DNA from: Eledone cirrhosa
Lineage: Eukaryota
Direction of reading: 5' to 3'
Length of the DNA: 64,000 bases
Assembly (NCBI GenBank): GCA_964016885.1
Contig: OZ024740.1
Span: 112,344,001-112,408,000, forward strand
The position numbers and the translations under genes were made by a program. Below the pieces are notes generated by a model that was not told where the DNA came from, searched no databases, and was given only the letters and a program-made list of their open reading frames with translations. Shown here in pieces: positions 12,225-25,168 of the stretch (positions within the stretch are counted from its first letter, which is position 1; each line of letters starts with the position of its first letter).

Positions 12225-13321
12225 TCACTGATACTAATAAGAAGATAGCCTGGAAGTGTCACTATGAGAGACTATTAAATGAGGAGAATAAATGGGAAAA
12301 AGATAGTCTGCCCCAAATCGATCCAATAGAAGGACCAGTGGTGCAAGTTAAAGGTAGTATAATAAGTAAGGCAATCAAAGATATGAAGACAGGCAAGGCA
12401 GCTGGGCCTTCGGAGATAGTTGCTGAGATGTTGAAGGCATCTGGTATGGTGGGACACACTGGTCACCCGTATAGTTAACCAAGTAATACAGAATGGGTCA
12501 TACCAAAAGACTGGCGTAGCAGCATCATCATTAACTGCTACAAGGGTAAAGGGGATGCTCTAGATAGGGGAAACTATAGAGGCATTACGTTAGTTGACCA
12601 TGTCATGAAGGTCACAGAAAGAGATATAGCGCAACTAATCAGAGAGCGAATTGATCTAGATGAAATGCAGTTTGGGTTTGTGTCAGGTAAAAGTACAACA
12701 GACGCTCTTTTCATTGTACGACAACTACATGAGATGTACCTAGCTAAAAGTAAACCCCTCTACTTTTGTAGACCTGGAGAAAGCCTTTGACAGAGTCCCC
12801 CGCTCCATTATCTGGTGGGCTCTTAGAAAACTAGGTGTAGATGAATGGCTTGTGAGAGCTATACAAGCTATGTATAATGAAACAGTTAGTAAGGTTAGAA
12901 TTAACAATGAATATTGTGAAGAATATAGTGTAAAAGTTGGCGTTCATCAAGGCTCTGTCCTTAGCCCCCTCCTATTTATTATTGCCCTTCAGGCTATAAC
13001 AGAGGAGTTCAAGACCGGCTCCCCATGGGAGCTCCTATACGCAGATGATCTAACGCCCATAATTGAATCAATGTCTGAACTAGAGAAGAAATTCCAAGCA
13101 TGGAAGCATGGCCTAGAATCAAAAGGCGTTAAAGTTAACTTGTCTAAGACTAAAGTTCTAGTTTGTAGAAAGGAAAATAGGGCACAAGTGCCCTCAGGGA
13201 AATGGCCATGCTCAGTGTGTAGGAAAGGAGTAGGCAAAAATTCCATTTTATGTCCAAAATTCAAAGTATGGGTACATAAAAGATGTAGTGGGATCACAGG
13301 TAAACTATCTAAGAATGTAGA
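12225..13321 (+). mobile_element. RTE family A internal RT fragment, frameshifted
   Basis: [23 protein letters not shown] and YADD; truncated at a (TA)n tract. Confidence 0.92.
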
Positions 13322-13323
13322 CG

Positions 13324-13354
<31 letters not shown>

Positions 13355-13373
13355 GTATGTATATATATATATG

Positions 13374-13442
<69 letters not shown>

Positions 13443-13471
13443 GTATATATATATATGTATATATATATATG

Positions 13472-13558
<87 letters not shown>

Positions 13559-13572
13559 GTATATATATATAG

Positions 13573-13610
<38 letters not shown>

Positions 13611-13621
13611 GTATATATATG

Positions 13622-13673
<52 letters not shown>

Positions 13674-13703
13674 TATGTATATATCTATATATGTATATAT
13701 ATG

Positions 13704-13756
<53 letters not shown>

Positions 13757-13843
13757 GTATATATCTATATATGTATATATATATGTATATATATATATGT
13801 ATATATATATATATGTATATATATATATGTATATATCTATATC
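13322..13843. repeat. Long (TA)n/(TATG) microsatellite
   Basis: Directly visible; similar tracts at 380-800, 14548-15110 and 19845-20832. Confidence 0.95.
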
Positions 13844-14378
13844 TGACCCAGCAGATAGGCAAATCAGAGAGGCCAGTGAAATAGAAATTAGAAGACCACA
13901 GCTAAACAGAAAGAATGAGTGGAACAACAACAACACCCAAACAAACAACACTGACCTAAGAGAAGTATAAATAAATAAGTAAATTAAATTAAATAAAATA
14001 AGATAAATAAATACATACACAAGCACATAAACACACACTAGTCACCCAGCAGACACAACACTATACACACTAGTCACACATCACACATAACACTATACAC
14101 ACACGCAAACGCATGCGCAAAGAAGACAAAATAAAATAAGATAAACAAACAAGCAAATAAATAAATAAATATATAGACAGACTGAACAAAAAAAATGGCG
14201 TAGACATACAACACAACAGGAGGAACAATGAATATAACACCACTGACGATGTTGCAGATGTGCAACGAAAGATTTATGTAAACTATATATATATGTGTTT
14301 GTCTATATTGTATCTGTATTATTTTTGACCGCCGGTCAGTCAATGGCAACATTGAGGACCGAGTAAGTTAGATCGCAG
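13844..14378 (+). mobile_element. Penelope-like 3' fragment (end of GIY-YIG plus pseudo-LTR)
   Basis: [17 protein letters not shown] resembles the EAxxI...PxLN C-terminal GIY-YIG motif; hammerhead downstream; flanked by (TA)n. Confidence 0.65.
14239..14279 (+). ncRNA. Minimal hammerhead (PLE type)
   Basis: ACCA-CTGACGA-T-GTTGCA gatg TGCAAC-GAAA-GATT-TA-TGT; the partial copy at 24062-24090 has TGGT, which would pair with ACCA. Confidence 0.65.
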
Positions 14379-14389
14379 ATATATATATA

Positions 14390-14533
14390 TAAAAGACAGC
14401 GAGAAGCGAAAACCAACCAAACAGTGAGTGTGTTCTGTTATTAATTCTGGCAATATTACGCAAATATGACCCTCCCCAAATATAACAATATCTGTTTCGA
14501 CACACGATTTCATATAAAAAAACCTCGCAAAAC
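14390..14533. repeat. Dispersed repeat family Y (also 23923-24049, 24154-24325, 61620-61740)
   Basis: Shared AACCAACCAAACAGTGAGTGTG...CCCTCCCCAA.TATAACAATA...TTTCGACACACGATTTCATAT. Confidence 0.7.
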
Positions 14534-14546
14534 TAATTCATCGCCG

Positions 14547-14592
<46 letters not shown>

Positions 14593-14627
14593 CTATATAT
14601 GTATATTAATATGTATATATATATATG

Positions 14628-14712
<85 letters not shown>

Positions 14713-14713
14713 G

Positions 14714-14758
<45 letters not shown>

Positions 14759-14759
14759 G

Positions 14760-15111
<352 letters not shown>

Positions 15112-15227
15112 AACGTTTGAATATGTGTAATAAGGCCAAGACAATGCAGGTATGGACATAGAAAAAAGAATGCAATAGTGAAAGATATTGATGTGAATTC
15201 GTCTTTCACTTTGAATTTATTTAAATG

Positions 15228-15264
15228 TCCTTAATTTTCGAGATAATATCTCTTCTTCGGAGGG
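15228..15264 (-). ncRNA. Degenerate hammerhead
   Basis: CCT-CCGAAGA-A-GAGAT att ATCTC-GAAA-AT-TA-AGG; U4 is C and stem III is too short. Confidence 0.4.
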
Positions 15265-16475
15265 AAGTAAAGGTCTCAAACCAGCGTCTTTAAATCTCTA
15301 GCCAAGCCATGGCTTGGCTATACAAGAAAATATAAGTGCCTATAATGCATATAAATGTAAAAAAAAAACCATGAATATACCACCAATACATCAAACTAAC
15401 CATAATACTAAAATAAACCACAGCAAACCACCATCTCATTCGCATACAACAAGTCGAGAAAATTCCACACCTAATTTGACTATCTCATCTGATTCAACAT
15501 TCACGAAAGGTTGTAACTGTAGAAACAAAGCAAATTGTCCATTAAAAGGAAATTGCGTTATTAATAACATAGTATATAAATGTAAAATTAACACTAAGGA
15601 CTCAACTCATTCATATATAGGAGCTACTTCTAACCAATTTAAAGTAAGATTTAATACCCACAAACAGTTTTTAAAATGCCGCATTAGCTAATACAACATC
15701 CTTAGAAGAACTTTTAAATATTATAAACCTAATTAATATACACTTTACAAATTATTATAATTAATTTTTTTTAATTTTTTTTTTTTTATTAGTTAACCTA
15801 TAATTAATATTCTTCTACTAATGAACTGCATAATTTTATTTCCCTTTTACAGCTACCTTTTCCTAAAATTTATACCAATAAGTATACATATAAACTATTT
15901 TAATTTCAGGTTATGAATCTATATTCCTTGTAATCTATATAAATTTGGTATTTCTCACTAATACATTTATCCCTCCCCCACTTTTTTTTTTTTTATTTCA
16001 CCCTTTGTTTTTAACATTCTTCAATTACATCTAACTCTTATTTATCATATCTATATGAATTAATATAAATTTATCAATATAAATATACCTATCAATTAAA
16101 TTAATTTATTTTCTTTTTATAGATGTAAATTCCTTATGTTTTAATTAAGATTGATATTTTTCACTAACACATTTATTTTCACTAACACATTTATCGTAAA
16201 ATTTTATTCTCCTTAGATTTTAACATTAGCATTATTCTTTTATAACACCGGCTTGACCTATTTTCATCCCCAAAGTAATCTTTTCATTCAAAATACTCTT
16301 TCCATTCAAAACTGAAGTCTGCTTTCCTCTACCCCTAAATTAAATTTCTATTACTACTATTCTATCATCTTGACCACTTACTACCTTTCTATTGGTCAAT
16401 TCAAAACCTGTTCCCAAAAAGACTTATTGTACTAAATCTTTGTTGGTTTTTTTCAATAAACAAATATTATTTCTG

Positions 16476-16655
16476 GTGGATTGGCAGTATCGGTAGAGGG
16501 TCGGACGTCATGCTTTCCAGCATAGTTACGTCCCTTTATGGTCTGAGTTCAAATCCCGCCGAGGTTGACTTTGCCTTTCATCCTTACGGGGTCGATAAAA
16601 TAAAGTACCAGTAATGCACTGGGTAATTGCTTGTCTTGTGCCTAAAGTAGAAACA
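16476..16655 (+). mobile_element. Nin-type SINE with 10-bp TSD ATTATTTCTG
   Basis: TSD at 16466-16475 and 16656-16665; A and B boxes present. Confidence 0.85.
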
Positions 16656-16791
16656 ATTATTTCTGAAGACAGCATATATATGTGTAGGTATGTATATTCC
16701 CTCTGATACTTTGTAAAAATTTTACATAGATCTATATGATATACATACCAACACACACATATATATATCCTAGAAACGATCGTAAAATGAT
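16656..16791 (+). ncRNA. Type I hammerhead with ~100-nt stem II
   Basis: ATTATTT-CTGAAGA-[long hairpin]-GAAA-CGATCG-TA-AAATGAT; second copy on the minus strand at 25920-26053. Confidence 0.65.
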
Positions 16792-16841
16792 GATTTTTTT
16801 AATATAAGGAACTGTTTCTTTGTTTTTATTCATTATTTTTA

Positions 16842-16910
<69 letters not shown>

Positions 16911-18363
16911 ATAATGGAGCTGCGGCGCTGCAAATGGGATACATATGAAAAAGTTTGTCCTCATCAGTGGCCATCCAACCGTCGTAGGCATTTCGTCGCA
17001 TTAAAGGCCATATACCTCAGGTTGGTGCGAGCAACGGCTAAAAAAAAGTCGTTGGGACACGTAAATAAAGGGGACGCTAGGGTAAAGAAACAAAATGGTT
17101 TAAGCAGCAGAAAGTGATGAAGAAGGAAACAAGTCCCAGATTTCTGTGAATATAAATTCGGTGGAATCGTGAACGAGAGAATAAAGACCATCAAACCTGG
17201 TTGAAATGTGAGCAAGGAAGGAATTTCGCACAGGTCTAACGGGACGAAGACAGTCTCTCTCTCTGTTAGCCTCTTCCTCACCTTTCACTCACTCACTCCC
17301 CTTTCTTCCCGTTTGACCTGTCCGTAATCCTTTTCTCGCGGGCACTTGACCAAGCCGGTATGATTTTTTTTCTCTCTCTCTCGTCTGCGAAATCTGAGGC
17401 AATTTCGGCTTGTAAACATAAATTGCACAAAACTTTCCTGTATTACAGCCCTACGTTATACCCTAACGGATAGCACGATCTATACGTGGATATTTTACGT
17501 CTTGATGTAGGAGCTAAGTATATGTTTTGTTTATTCCTTTACTTATTTGCATAGGTAAGCATATATTACCCGTATGTTTTGTGAAGGTATGTATACCTTC
17601 TTGTACGTATATTTGACTGTTATGGCGTATAATTTTTACATATTCTGGTATTTAGGGTTTGGCTATATGTATACGGGAGTTTTGCGTCTGCGTGAGTATG
17701 CAGGTTCGTACATATGGTGGGTGTGTGTATATGTGTACTTCTTGTTTTAGTTGACTTACGTCTCCGAACATTCGTGTATTTATATGTAGGTATGTGTGTG
17801 CGCTTGCTATATACGTTTATATAATTATTTATTTATTTGTACACAAGCATACACACACACATATTTATATGTGCGTGGTTTTGTATACCTATGGTAAGGT
17901 TTTGCGTATGCTTGTGTATGTACGTATCTGTTTGCGTGTATGTATTTATTTGTTTCTATTTCTTCTATATTGTATTTATTTACTTTGTTCTTAACTCTGT
18001 AGCGGAGATTCACTTGGTCTCCTAGTTAGAATCTTAGTCTACGACTTCTGCTATACCATTTACGTGGTTTTGTCTTTGCGTGCTTTTGTTCTCCACGCTC
18101 CACATATGACTTATTATCTTCGTTTTTTCGTTCATTGCCAGAGAACGTCTCTATGCACCACCTAAGAGAACATTAGTCTACGACCTCTTTTATACCATAT
18201 ACGTGGTTTTGTCTTTGCGCGTAATTGTTTTTCACCGCTCCTATTAATGACGTATTATTCGTTTTTTCCCGTTCTTTGCCAGCGAACGTTACCACGAACC
18301 AAAGTATCGTCTTCCTGTCTTCCTCCGGTTGCAACGTTTTTTGAAATATCCAGTTCTGCGTTT

Positions 18364-18439
18364 ACAGATTGACTTTGTTAGTTTCAGAAGATCCCGTTAA
18401 GGGTGAAAGCAGCGATTCTTTGCTTAAACTTTAATCTGT
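18364..18439 (+). ncRNA. Extended type I hammerhead-like fold with variant core
   Basis: ACAGATTGA(ctttgtt)AGTTT-CAGAAGA-T CCC gttaa GGG T-GAAA-GCAG...TTGC-TT-AAACT-TTAATCTGT. Confidence 0.55.
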
Positions 18440-18583
18440 TATTTTAATAAATATTTGCTCTTCGGTTCTTATATATTTGATATATATTTTCCTTATCGAG
18501 CCCTCTTTGGATTTTAGTCTTCAATTTTATTATTATTACTATTTGGCTCCTTCGGTTGAGCACTCTACTGACTTATATTCATC

Positions 18584-19837
18584 ATGCAGAAACAACATCT
18601 GAATATTTCTACCAAGAACATACCCGTACCAAGCAGGAAAACATACCTAAAACTCCTGATACAGAAAACAGACGCGTTCATTAAAAGGTTGCGTTGGCGT
18701 GCCTTTTATTTCGATAATCCGCGAAAAGCAGACAACAAACAGGACAAATTTGGATTTAAAACCTATAATAACCCTCCGTGGAACCCAGCATTGCTACCCT
18801 TCGAAAATGATGTCTTGGAACTCATTCGGAGTATCAAATTTCGGAATAGGAGCAATTCCTTCCAGCAAGACCTGAAGAATAGAATTCGTTCTATTAAGGA
18901 TTCTAACGCCGTGCACGTCCATTCCGACAAAACTGGCAACCTATATCAAGTGGAGCGCAGTACTTACCATCAACTACTACATAATGCTGTAACTAAGGAT
19001 TACCGTAAAACTAATCGGTGTGTCATCAATGAAATCAACGATGCTGGGTTTAAAATCACATCTGATCTCAACATCCTGGACCGGACCGAACCTCTGGACC
19101 CTATCTCTCCCCACTTTACCCTGAAGGATCACAAATCCAATTTTCCGAACAACCCCTCTATTCGGCTTATTAACCCTACGAAGTCCGATTTAGGTAGACT
19201 TAGTAAAACGATTCTTGATAGAATTATACCTGAAATTAGAAGTTTGGCCCCTCTCGCACTGTGGAACAATTCTTTCGCGGTGATTGATTGGTTCAACGGC
19301 ATATGTAACAAGGAACATTGCCGTTTTATCCAATTCGGCATCAACAATTACTACTCCTCCATCACTTTACCACTTCTCCTTAGAGCTATCAATTTCGCTA
19401 AAACACTCACAGTGGTTAAGGATTTCGAAGTTGATGTCATCCTTAATGCCCGAAAGTCGGTGATTAATTTCGACGAATCTATTTGGATTAAAAAATCCAA
19501 TAGTACCCCATTCGACGTGAGTATGGGCGCCAGTGACTCTGCGGAGGTTACTGATCTTATTGGCCTTTTCCTTCTTTTCTCTATCAAGGACGAATTCCCC
19601 AACGCGGGCGGTGGTTTGTACCGTGACGATGGTCTTTTGACCATGACTAAGTGCGGACCTCGTGCTTGCGACAGATTCAGAAAAGAACTCACAGCCTTCT
19701 TTAAAGGCTTCAACCTCTCTATACAGGTTGAGGCCAATCTCTCGGTCGTTAATTACCTCGACGTTACCCTCAATTTATTGGATGGGTTGTATTACCCGTC
19801 AGCGATTCTTTGCTTAAACTTTAATCTGTTATTTTAA
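18584..19837 (+). pseudogene. Penelope-like reverse transcriptase (Hydra-clade-like), 3'-truncated
   Basis: N-terminal KNIPVP...FIKRLRWRA, then RLINPTKSDLG, MGASDSAEV and LYRDDGL; motif A reads QFGI instead of FDI; the endonuclease is missing. Confidence 0.85.
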
Positions 19838-19840
19838 TAA

Positions 19841-19875
<35 letters not shown>

Positions 19876-19876
19876 G

Positions 19877-20131
<255 letters not shown>

Positions 20132-20134
20132 CAT

Positions 20135-20528
<394 letters not shown>

Positions 20529-20537
20529 CATATATAC

Positions 20538-20604
<67 letters not shown>

Positions 20605-20647
20605 CATATATATATATACATATATATATATACATATATATATATAC

Positions 20648-20740
<93 letters not shown>

Positions 20741-20831
20741 CATATATACATATAATTATACATATATATACATATATACATATACATATATATATATACA
20801 TATATACATATACATATACATATATACATAT

Positions 20832-20973
20832 ACTAAAGTCCAGAAATAACCGTCGAAACGGCTTGAGCTCTGCCGTCGGCGTCATTCTTTCTCCTCTTAC
20901 CCACTCTACTACCCTAAGTATTGAGTACTCCGGTGCGTTATGGTCCATCTGTTTCCTTACCACACCTCCTCCG

Positions 20974-20976
<3 letters not shown>
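20832..20976 (+). mobile_element. Pseudo-LTR-like fragment with the 3' half of a hammerhead (related copy 51260-51395)
   Basis: GAAA-CGGC ttgagctct GCCG-TC; downstream CACTCTACTACCC...GTAC.C.GGTG.GT.ATGGTC is shared with 51270-51395. Confidence 0.5.
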
Positions 20977-21014
<38 letters not shown>

Positions 21015-21232
21015 CAATCTGTGCTGTCAATTTAACAGTAATGCCTCAGGTATGTATATTCCACGCAGCTAACAGTTCAAAAGTCAACCATAATTGCCAA
21101 TTTACAATTTCTTTCCAAAGCAGAATTTAATAACTCTGATCTGTTCCAGAAATATAAGAAAAAATGAAAAATAAAGAATTTTAATAAGATTCATTCCTTT
21201 ATATTACTTGATTTCACTGTCTGTGTATCTCG

Positions 21233-21265
<33 letters not shown>

Positions 21266-21292
21266 ACTTACGCACATACATAGATATATAGA

Positions 21293-21376
<84 letters not shown>

Positions 21377-21989
21377 TATATATATATTTGTGTGTGTGTA
21401 TATATATATATGTATGTATATATGTATATATATATATGTTGTATGTATCTGTGTGTATATGTGTGAGTACACACATATACTTATATAGAATGTGGAGTGA
21501 TGGAACAGGCGAGTTATATTTGCCAGAGGTAAAAATATTCTTTTAAGCTTAAATTAACGATAATAACTAAGCTCCAAGCGTGCCTTTTCTATAGACTGAT
21601 TTAATATGGGAGTTATAATTATACACTTCTTTATATTTTTTTAATTTTACCTGTGGCACATGAAGGTGGTGGATGGGGGTAGTATTTATTGGCCATTTGA
21701 AAGTCATTTTAAATGAAGTTAACATTGGCACAGTATCAGAGATGTTAGACAATGTTAGATTAGTTAAGACTTATCAATACAAGATAGACAGTTATTTCAT
21801 TGATCACTAGAAAGATGAAAGTTAACGTTTGTTCTCTTGAACTGTAAACTCTGGAATGATCTCTGCCAGAGTCACTAGACTGCCAGAGTATTTGTTACTC
21901 TCTGAGTTCAAATCCTACTAAAGTCATCTTTACATTTCATTCTTTTGGGGTTAATAAATTAACTTCCTGTCTATTACTGGAAATGAGTT

Positions 21990-22055
<66 letters not shown>

Positions 22056-22194
22056 GGCAGTGTTTAATGTTTTGGCAATAGTAGTGTTTATGATGGTGTT
22101 CATTGTGATAGTTGTGATGGTGGAGGGTAGATGTTCTTGAGGATAGTGAGTAGGACGGATTTGCTTATACAAAATAAACAAATAGACAACATAA

Positions 22195-22241
<47 letters not shown>

Positions 22242-22702
22242 AGAACACTCAAAAGTAAACTACACTATCAATAACTGTTTTCACCATTTTCTAAACAAAC
22301 CATCCAAAAACTCTGGGGCTATTTTATATAGTATAGAACATGGATGCCCTGAAGACAGGAAGTGAATGAATGGTCAGTGGAAATGCTGCCAGGCAAGATT
22401 CTGTAAAGGGAAGCTAGGATCGTTTAAGGGGAATCAAATAAAACATATAAAAAAAAATAATGAAAAAAAACTGTAGAGATTCTCATGGTTTGTTTGTATT
22501 TGTGTTGAAGGTTTTTGTTTGTTTGTGTTGGAAGGTATTACAGCCAGCTGGGTATCTGAAATCACAGATATGTGAGAAAGAAACGGTTATGTGAAAGACA
22601 AGAATCTAGCATGAATATGAAGGACTAAATATATATATATACACACATACACATACACATATATATATATATATATATATAAATGTAAGTATGTATGTAT
22701 AC

Positions 22703-22780
<78 letters not shown>

Positions 22781-22846
22781 GTAAGTATGTATGTATGTAT
22801 ACGTACATATATATATATATATATAAATGTAAGTATGTATGTATAC

Positions 22847-22922
<76 letters not shown>

Positions 22923-22926
<4 letters not shown>

Positions 22927-23523
22927 GTAAGTATGTATGTATGTATGTATACTACATACATATATGTATACAGACGTACAGTAGTATGTATATATATACA
23001 TACATGCACACATATATATATGCACGTATCGGTTTAAGTAAGTGCCGTACTAAGAGTGAGAAATGAAATTTCGTTTCATTCTATTCCATTTATCATTTTC
23101 GGTGTGCCCGGCCGACTGAACTCACTCGATATGCAAATTAGGCTGCTCAGTCGTTAATATGCATAAAGAAAGTATATACTTTCAGACGTTAAACATTCTG
23201 GCAGGAAGGTATACGATGCTGACGATAGCTAATACGCTTGAAACTAGTACATCGTTCCTGTGTCAGTGTTGAACAAAAAGGTGACGTGGTTGCCTAAACA
23301 CTGTACGGCGTAATTCTGGCTGTTTGTTTGTTTACAAACAAACAAACCGAGCATTATAATAAATGTTCGGTATACCGATACGTGCATATATATATGTGTG
23401 CATGTATGTATATATACATACTACTGTACGTCTGTATACATATATGTATGTACGTATACATACTTACATTTAAGTAAGTGCAGTACTAAGAGTGAGAAAT
23501 GAAATTTCGTTTCATTCTATTCC

Positions 23524-23527
<4 letters not shown>
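22923..23527 (+). mobile_element. Non-coding hammerhead-bearing repeat: one unit plus a 5' inverted segment
   Basis: 22923-23032 is inverted relative to 23370-23470; the unit start TTAAGTAAGTGC.GTACTAAGAGTGAG recurs at 23033 and 23470. Confidence 0.75.
23213..23255 (+). ncRNA. Type I hammerhead ribozyme
   Basis: ACGATG-CTGACGA-TAGC taatac GCTT-GAAA-CTAG-TA-CATCGT; stem I extends (GCAGGA/TCCTGT) past a 6-nt bulge. Confidence 0.8.
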
Positions 23528-23619
<92 letters not shown>

Positions 23620-23622
<3 letters not shown>

Positions 23623-23692
23623 GTCGTCAAGTATGAAATTTGAAGAAATTTTTTTTCTATTTAGTTCTACAAATTTCATACTTGACGACCCA
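23620..23692. mobile_element. Tiny mariner-type MITE or hairpin
   Basis: ~27-bp inverted arms TGGGTCGTCAAGTATGAAATTTG.AGAA next to (TA)n. Confidence 0.55.
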
Positions 23693-23772
23693 TTATGTAT
23701 AGATATGTTTATCCTGGGTTCAATCGGGGGTAACAGCAGTAAGTAAGGTACTCAATACATAGCAGAGTATAA

Positions 23773-23893
23773 ATATTTAATATAGAAATGGCTTCTACAG
23801 GACTAGAACTCTTTCATTTGAAGCATGGTTTCTGATGATTTCCTTCGAATGAAGCAGTTCTAGTCCTGTGGAAGCCATTTCTATATTAAATAT
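23773..23893. repeat. Inverted repeat with ~50-bp arms
   Basis: ATATTTAATATAGAAATGGCTTC.ACAGGACTAGAACT pairs with AGTTCTAGTCCTGTGGAAGCCATTTCTATATTAAATAT. Confidence 0.8.
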
Positions 23894-24375
23894 ATATATA
23901 CAAACACACATACATACATATATATTGTTATACTTGGGGAGGGTCATATTGTTATAATAATATTGCCAGAAATAATAACAGAACACACTCACTGTTTGGT
24001 TGGTTTTCGCTTCTGCATCTTTTATATCTCCACAGTTAATTTATTTGGCCATCAAGGTTTAGCAGATGTGCAACGAAAGAACTTTGGTAGACTATATATA
24101 TGTATTTATATCTGTATTTTTGACCGTTGGTCAGTCAGTGATAAACATTGACTGCCAAATAAATTAACTGTGGAGATATAAAAGATGCAGAAGCAAAAAC
24201 CAACCAAACAGTGAGTGTGTTCTGTTATTATTTCTGGCAATATTATTATAACACTATGACCCTCCCCAAGTATAACAATATTTGTTTCGACACACGATTT
24301 CATATCAAAAACCTCACAAAACAAATATATATAGATATAGATATAGATATAGATATACATATGTATATATATATA

Positions 24376-24468
<93 letters not shown>

Positions 24469-24472
24469 AGAT

Positions 24473-24513
<41 letters not shown>

Positions 24514-24625
24514 TTGAAATAAAATGAAAACGAAATTTCATTTCTCACTCTTAGTACGGCACTTACTTAAATGTAAGTATGTGTGTATACGTAAATACAT
24601 ATATGTATACAGACGTACAGTAGCA

Positions 24626-24666
<41 letters not shown>

Positions 24667-24815
24667 GTACACATACATATATGCACGTATCAGTTTAGCG
24701 GACGCTTATTATAACGCCGCTTTGTTCGTTTGTAAACAAACTGAACAGCCTGAATTTTTATGCCGTACGGTGTTAAGGCAACCACGTCACCTTTTTGTTC
24801 AACACTGACACAGGA

Positions 24816-24858
24816 ACGATGTACTAGTTTCAAGCTTGTTAGCTATCATCAGCACCGT
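24816..24858 (-). ncRNA. Type I hammerhead ribozyme
   Basis: ACGGTG-CTGATGA-TAGCT aaca AGCTT-GAAA-CTAG-TA-CATCGT. Confidence 0.8.
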
Positions 24859-25094
24859 ATACCCTTCTGCCAGATAGTTGAACGTTCGAAAGTATATACT
24901 TTCCTTATGAAAATTAACGGCTGAGCAGCCTAATTTGCATATCGAGTGAGTCAAGTCGGTCAGGCATACCGAAAACCATAAGTTGAAATGAAATGAAAAC
25001 GAAATTTCATTTATCACTCTTAGTACGGCACTTACTTAAATGTAAGTATGTGTGTATACGTACATACATATATGTATACAGACGTACAGTAGCA

Positions 25095-25168
<74 letters not shown>

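Larger units (their letters stand above)
15314..16846 (+). mobile_element. Penelope-like element (Hydra-clade-like) 3' part
   Basis: ORF 15314-15691 has the CNCRNKANCPLKGNC linker then IVYKC...YIGAT...FKVRFNTHK (GIY-YIG); AT-rich 3' region, hammerhead, then (TA)n. Confidence 0.75.
16905..19844 (+). mobile_element. Penelope-like element: upstream pseudo-LTR-like region, hammerhead, RT ORF, short terminal cassette
   Basis: Bounded by (TA)n on both sides; internal ~140-bp duplication near 18030-18290; 45-nt repeat at 18410-18454 and 19800-19844. Confidence 0.7.

Noticed and set aside
14480-14546. Hammerhead in repeat family Y
   Set aside because: GAAA...TC-GAAAC is present on the minus strand, but no consistent CTGANGA core is found among the copies.
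16905-17117. 70-aa ORF as the end of a GIY-YIG domain of an upstream tandem PLE copy
   Set aside because: Only vague spacing similarity and the CxxC motif is missing; it cannot be supported without an HMM search.
22345-22395. CTGAAGA...GAAA motif
   Set aside because: No convincing stem II or cleavage triplet.
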